From Owenia fusiformis (lineage: Eukaryota), in assembly GCA_903813345.2 (NCBI GenBank), contig CAIIXF020000001.1:39804001-39868000 (forward strand): a stretch of 64,000 nt of DNA, in the 5' to 3' direction. The notes under the pieces are model-generated. The model saw only the letters and a list, made by a program, of their open reading frames with translations. It did not search any database and had not been told where the DNA came from. Positions 63,334 to 64,000 of this stretch are shown one piece after another (position 1 is the stretch's first letter; each line of letters begins with the position of its first letter). Both the position numbers and the translations under genes were made by a program.

Positions 63334-64000
63334 AACTCAATACTTCATCAAAGCGAGGGACATAAAAAGTGCGGAGATATATATCAATCGTGCCTTGTAT
63401 TAATTCCGCACATAGCTAGGGAAGATATATCAAATTCTAGCCAGTGAGAACATAGTATTTCAAACAATCTATATTCTTGAAACAACAACCAAGCATCATA
63501 ACCAGCAGAGTGTTTCATAATGACTACACCCCCATCAGCCACCAATCCTAGATAGCATACCCCCATTTGTTCACATTAAAGCTTCTTCAATGCTGTTATG
63601 GATAAACTAGGAGTACTGGGTTTTATGAGAAATAAAGCTATTAGTTCTCCTAAGACCCAGAACGAATGGGTCGCCTAACTTAAACCCCACACTGACTCTT
63701 AAGAAAGGTAAATGGCTCATGATCCAAGTTTAGGAAAATTGATTTCTTTTGTTCCTACAATGAGGTAAATGTGTTGAGAAGTGGGTGGGTATAATTGGTT
63801 CAGCTTTAATGCACTGCATGTAACATGTAACTTTTTCTAATTCTGTTAACTGTTTTTTTTTCAAGTTAGCATTCATTCAAAATGTCAACACTTGACTCAG
63901 AAGGCATTCTGTTTGCACATACCTCCTGGCCACAATCACGAGGCTTTGTCGTCAACTGTACTGTCCACATTAATGTAAAAATATTGATCTCTCCCTGATT

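Noticed and set aside
60140..64000. Search for the Kv T1-domain exon
   Set aside because: No NVGG or FFDR-type motifs seen in the ORF track or by reading; the exon presumably lies beyond the window.

Overview
AT-rich animal genomic DNA with spliceosomal introns. The gene and repeat content suggests a marine invertebrate, probably lophotrochozoan (inference). Splice models were built by hand, with reading frame checked across junctions. From left to right: (1) frameshifted nesprin/spectrin-repeat-like exon relics, one swollen by a 30-33 bp tandem repeat; (2) a C2H2 zinc-finger gene with a single coding exon (-), head-to-head with IAH1 (+, 6 exons); (3) a tetraspanin-13/31 gene (-) with a U12-type intron and two paralogous candidate first coding exons, head-to-head with GATAD1 (+, 4 exons); (4) a secreted Reeler-domain gene (-) and a secreted GH128-like beta-1,3-glucanase gene (-) in tandem; (5) a single-exon TMEM200-like gene (+); (6) the 3' part of a Shaw/Kv3-like K+ channel (-) with atypical S4 and S6 motifs. 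Introns and intergenic DNA hold many non-autonomous DNA transposons: CAC-ended elements with 5-bp TSDs (Transib-like), an IS3EU-like derivative, and Harbinger-, Kolobok-, Tc1/mariner-, hAT- and Helentron-like elements. There are also foldback hairpins and minisatellites. I found no CRISPR array, rRNA or tRNA. No database searches were possible; family assignments come from motif recognition.
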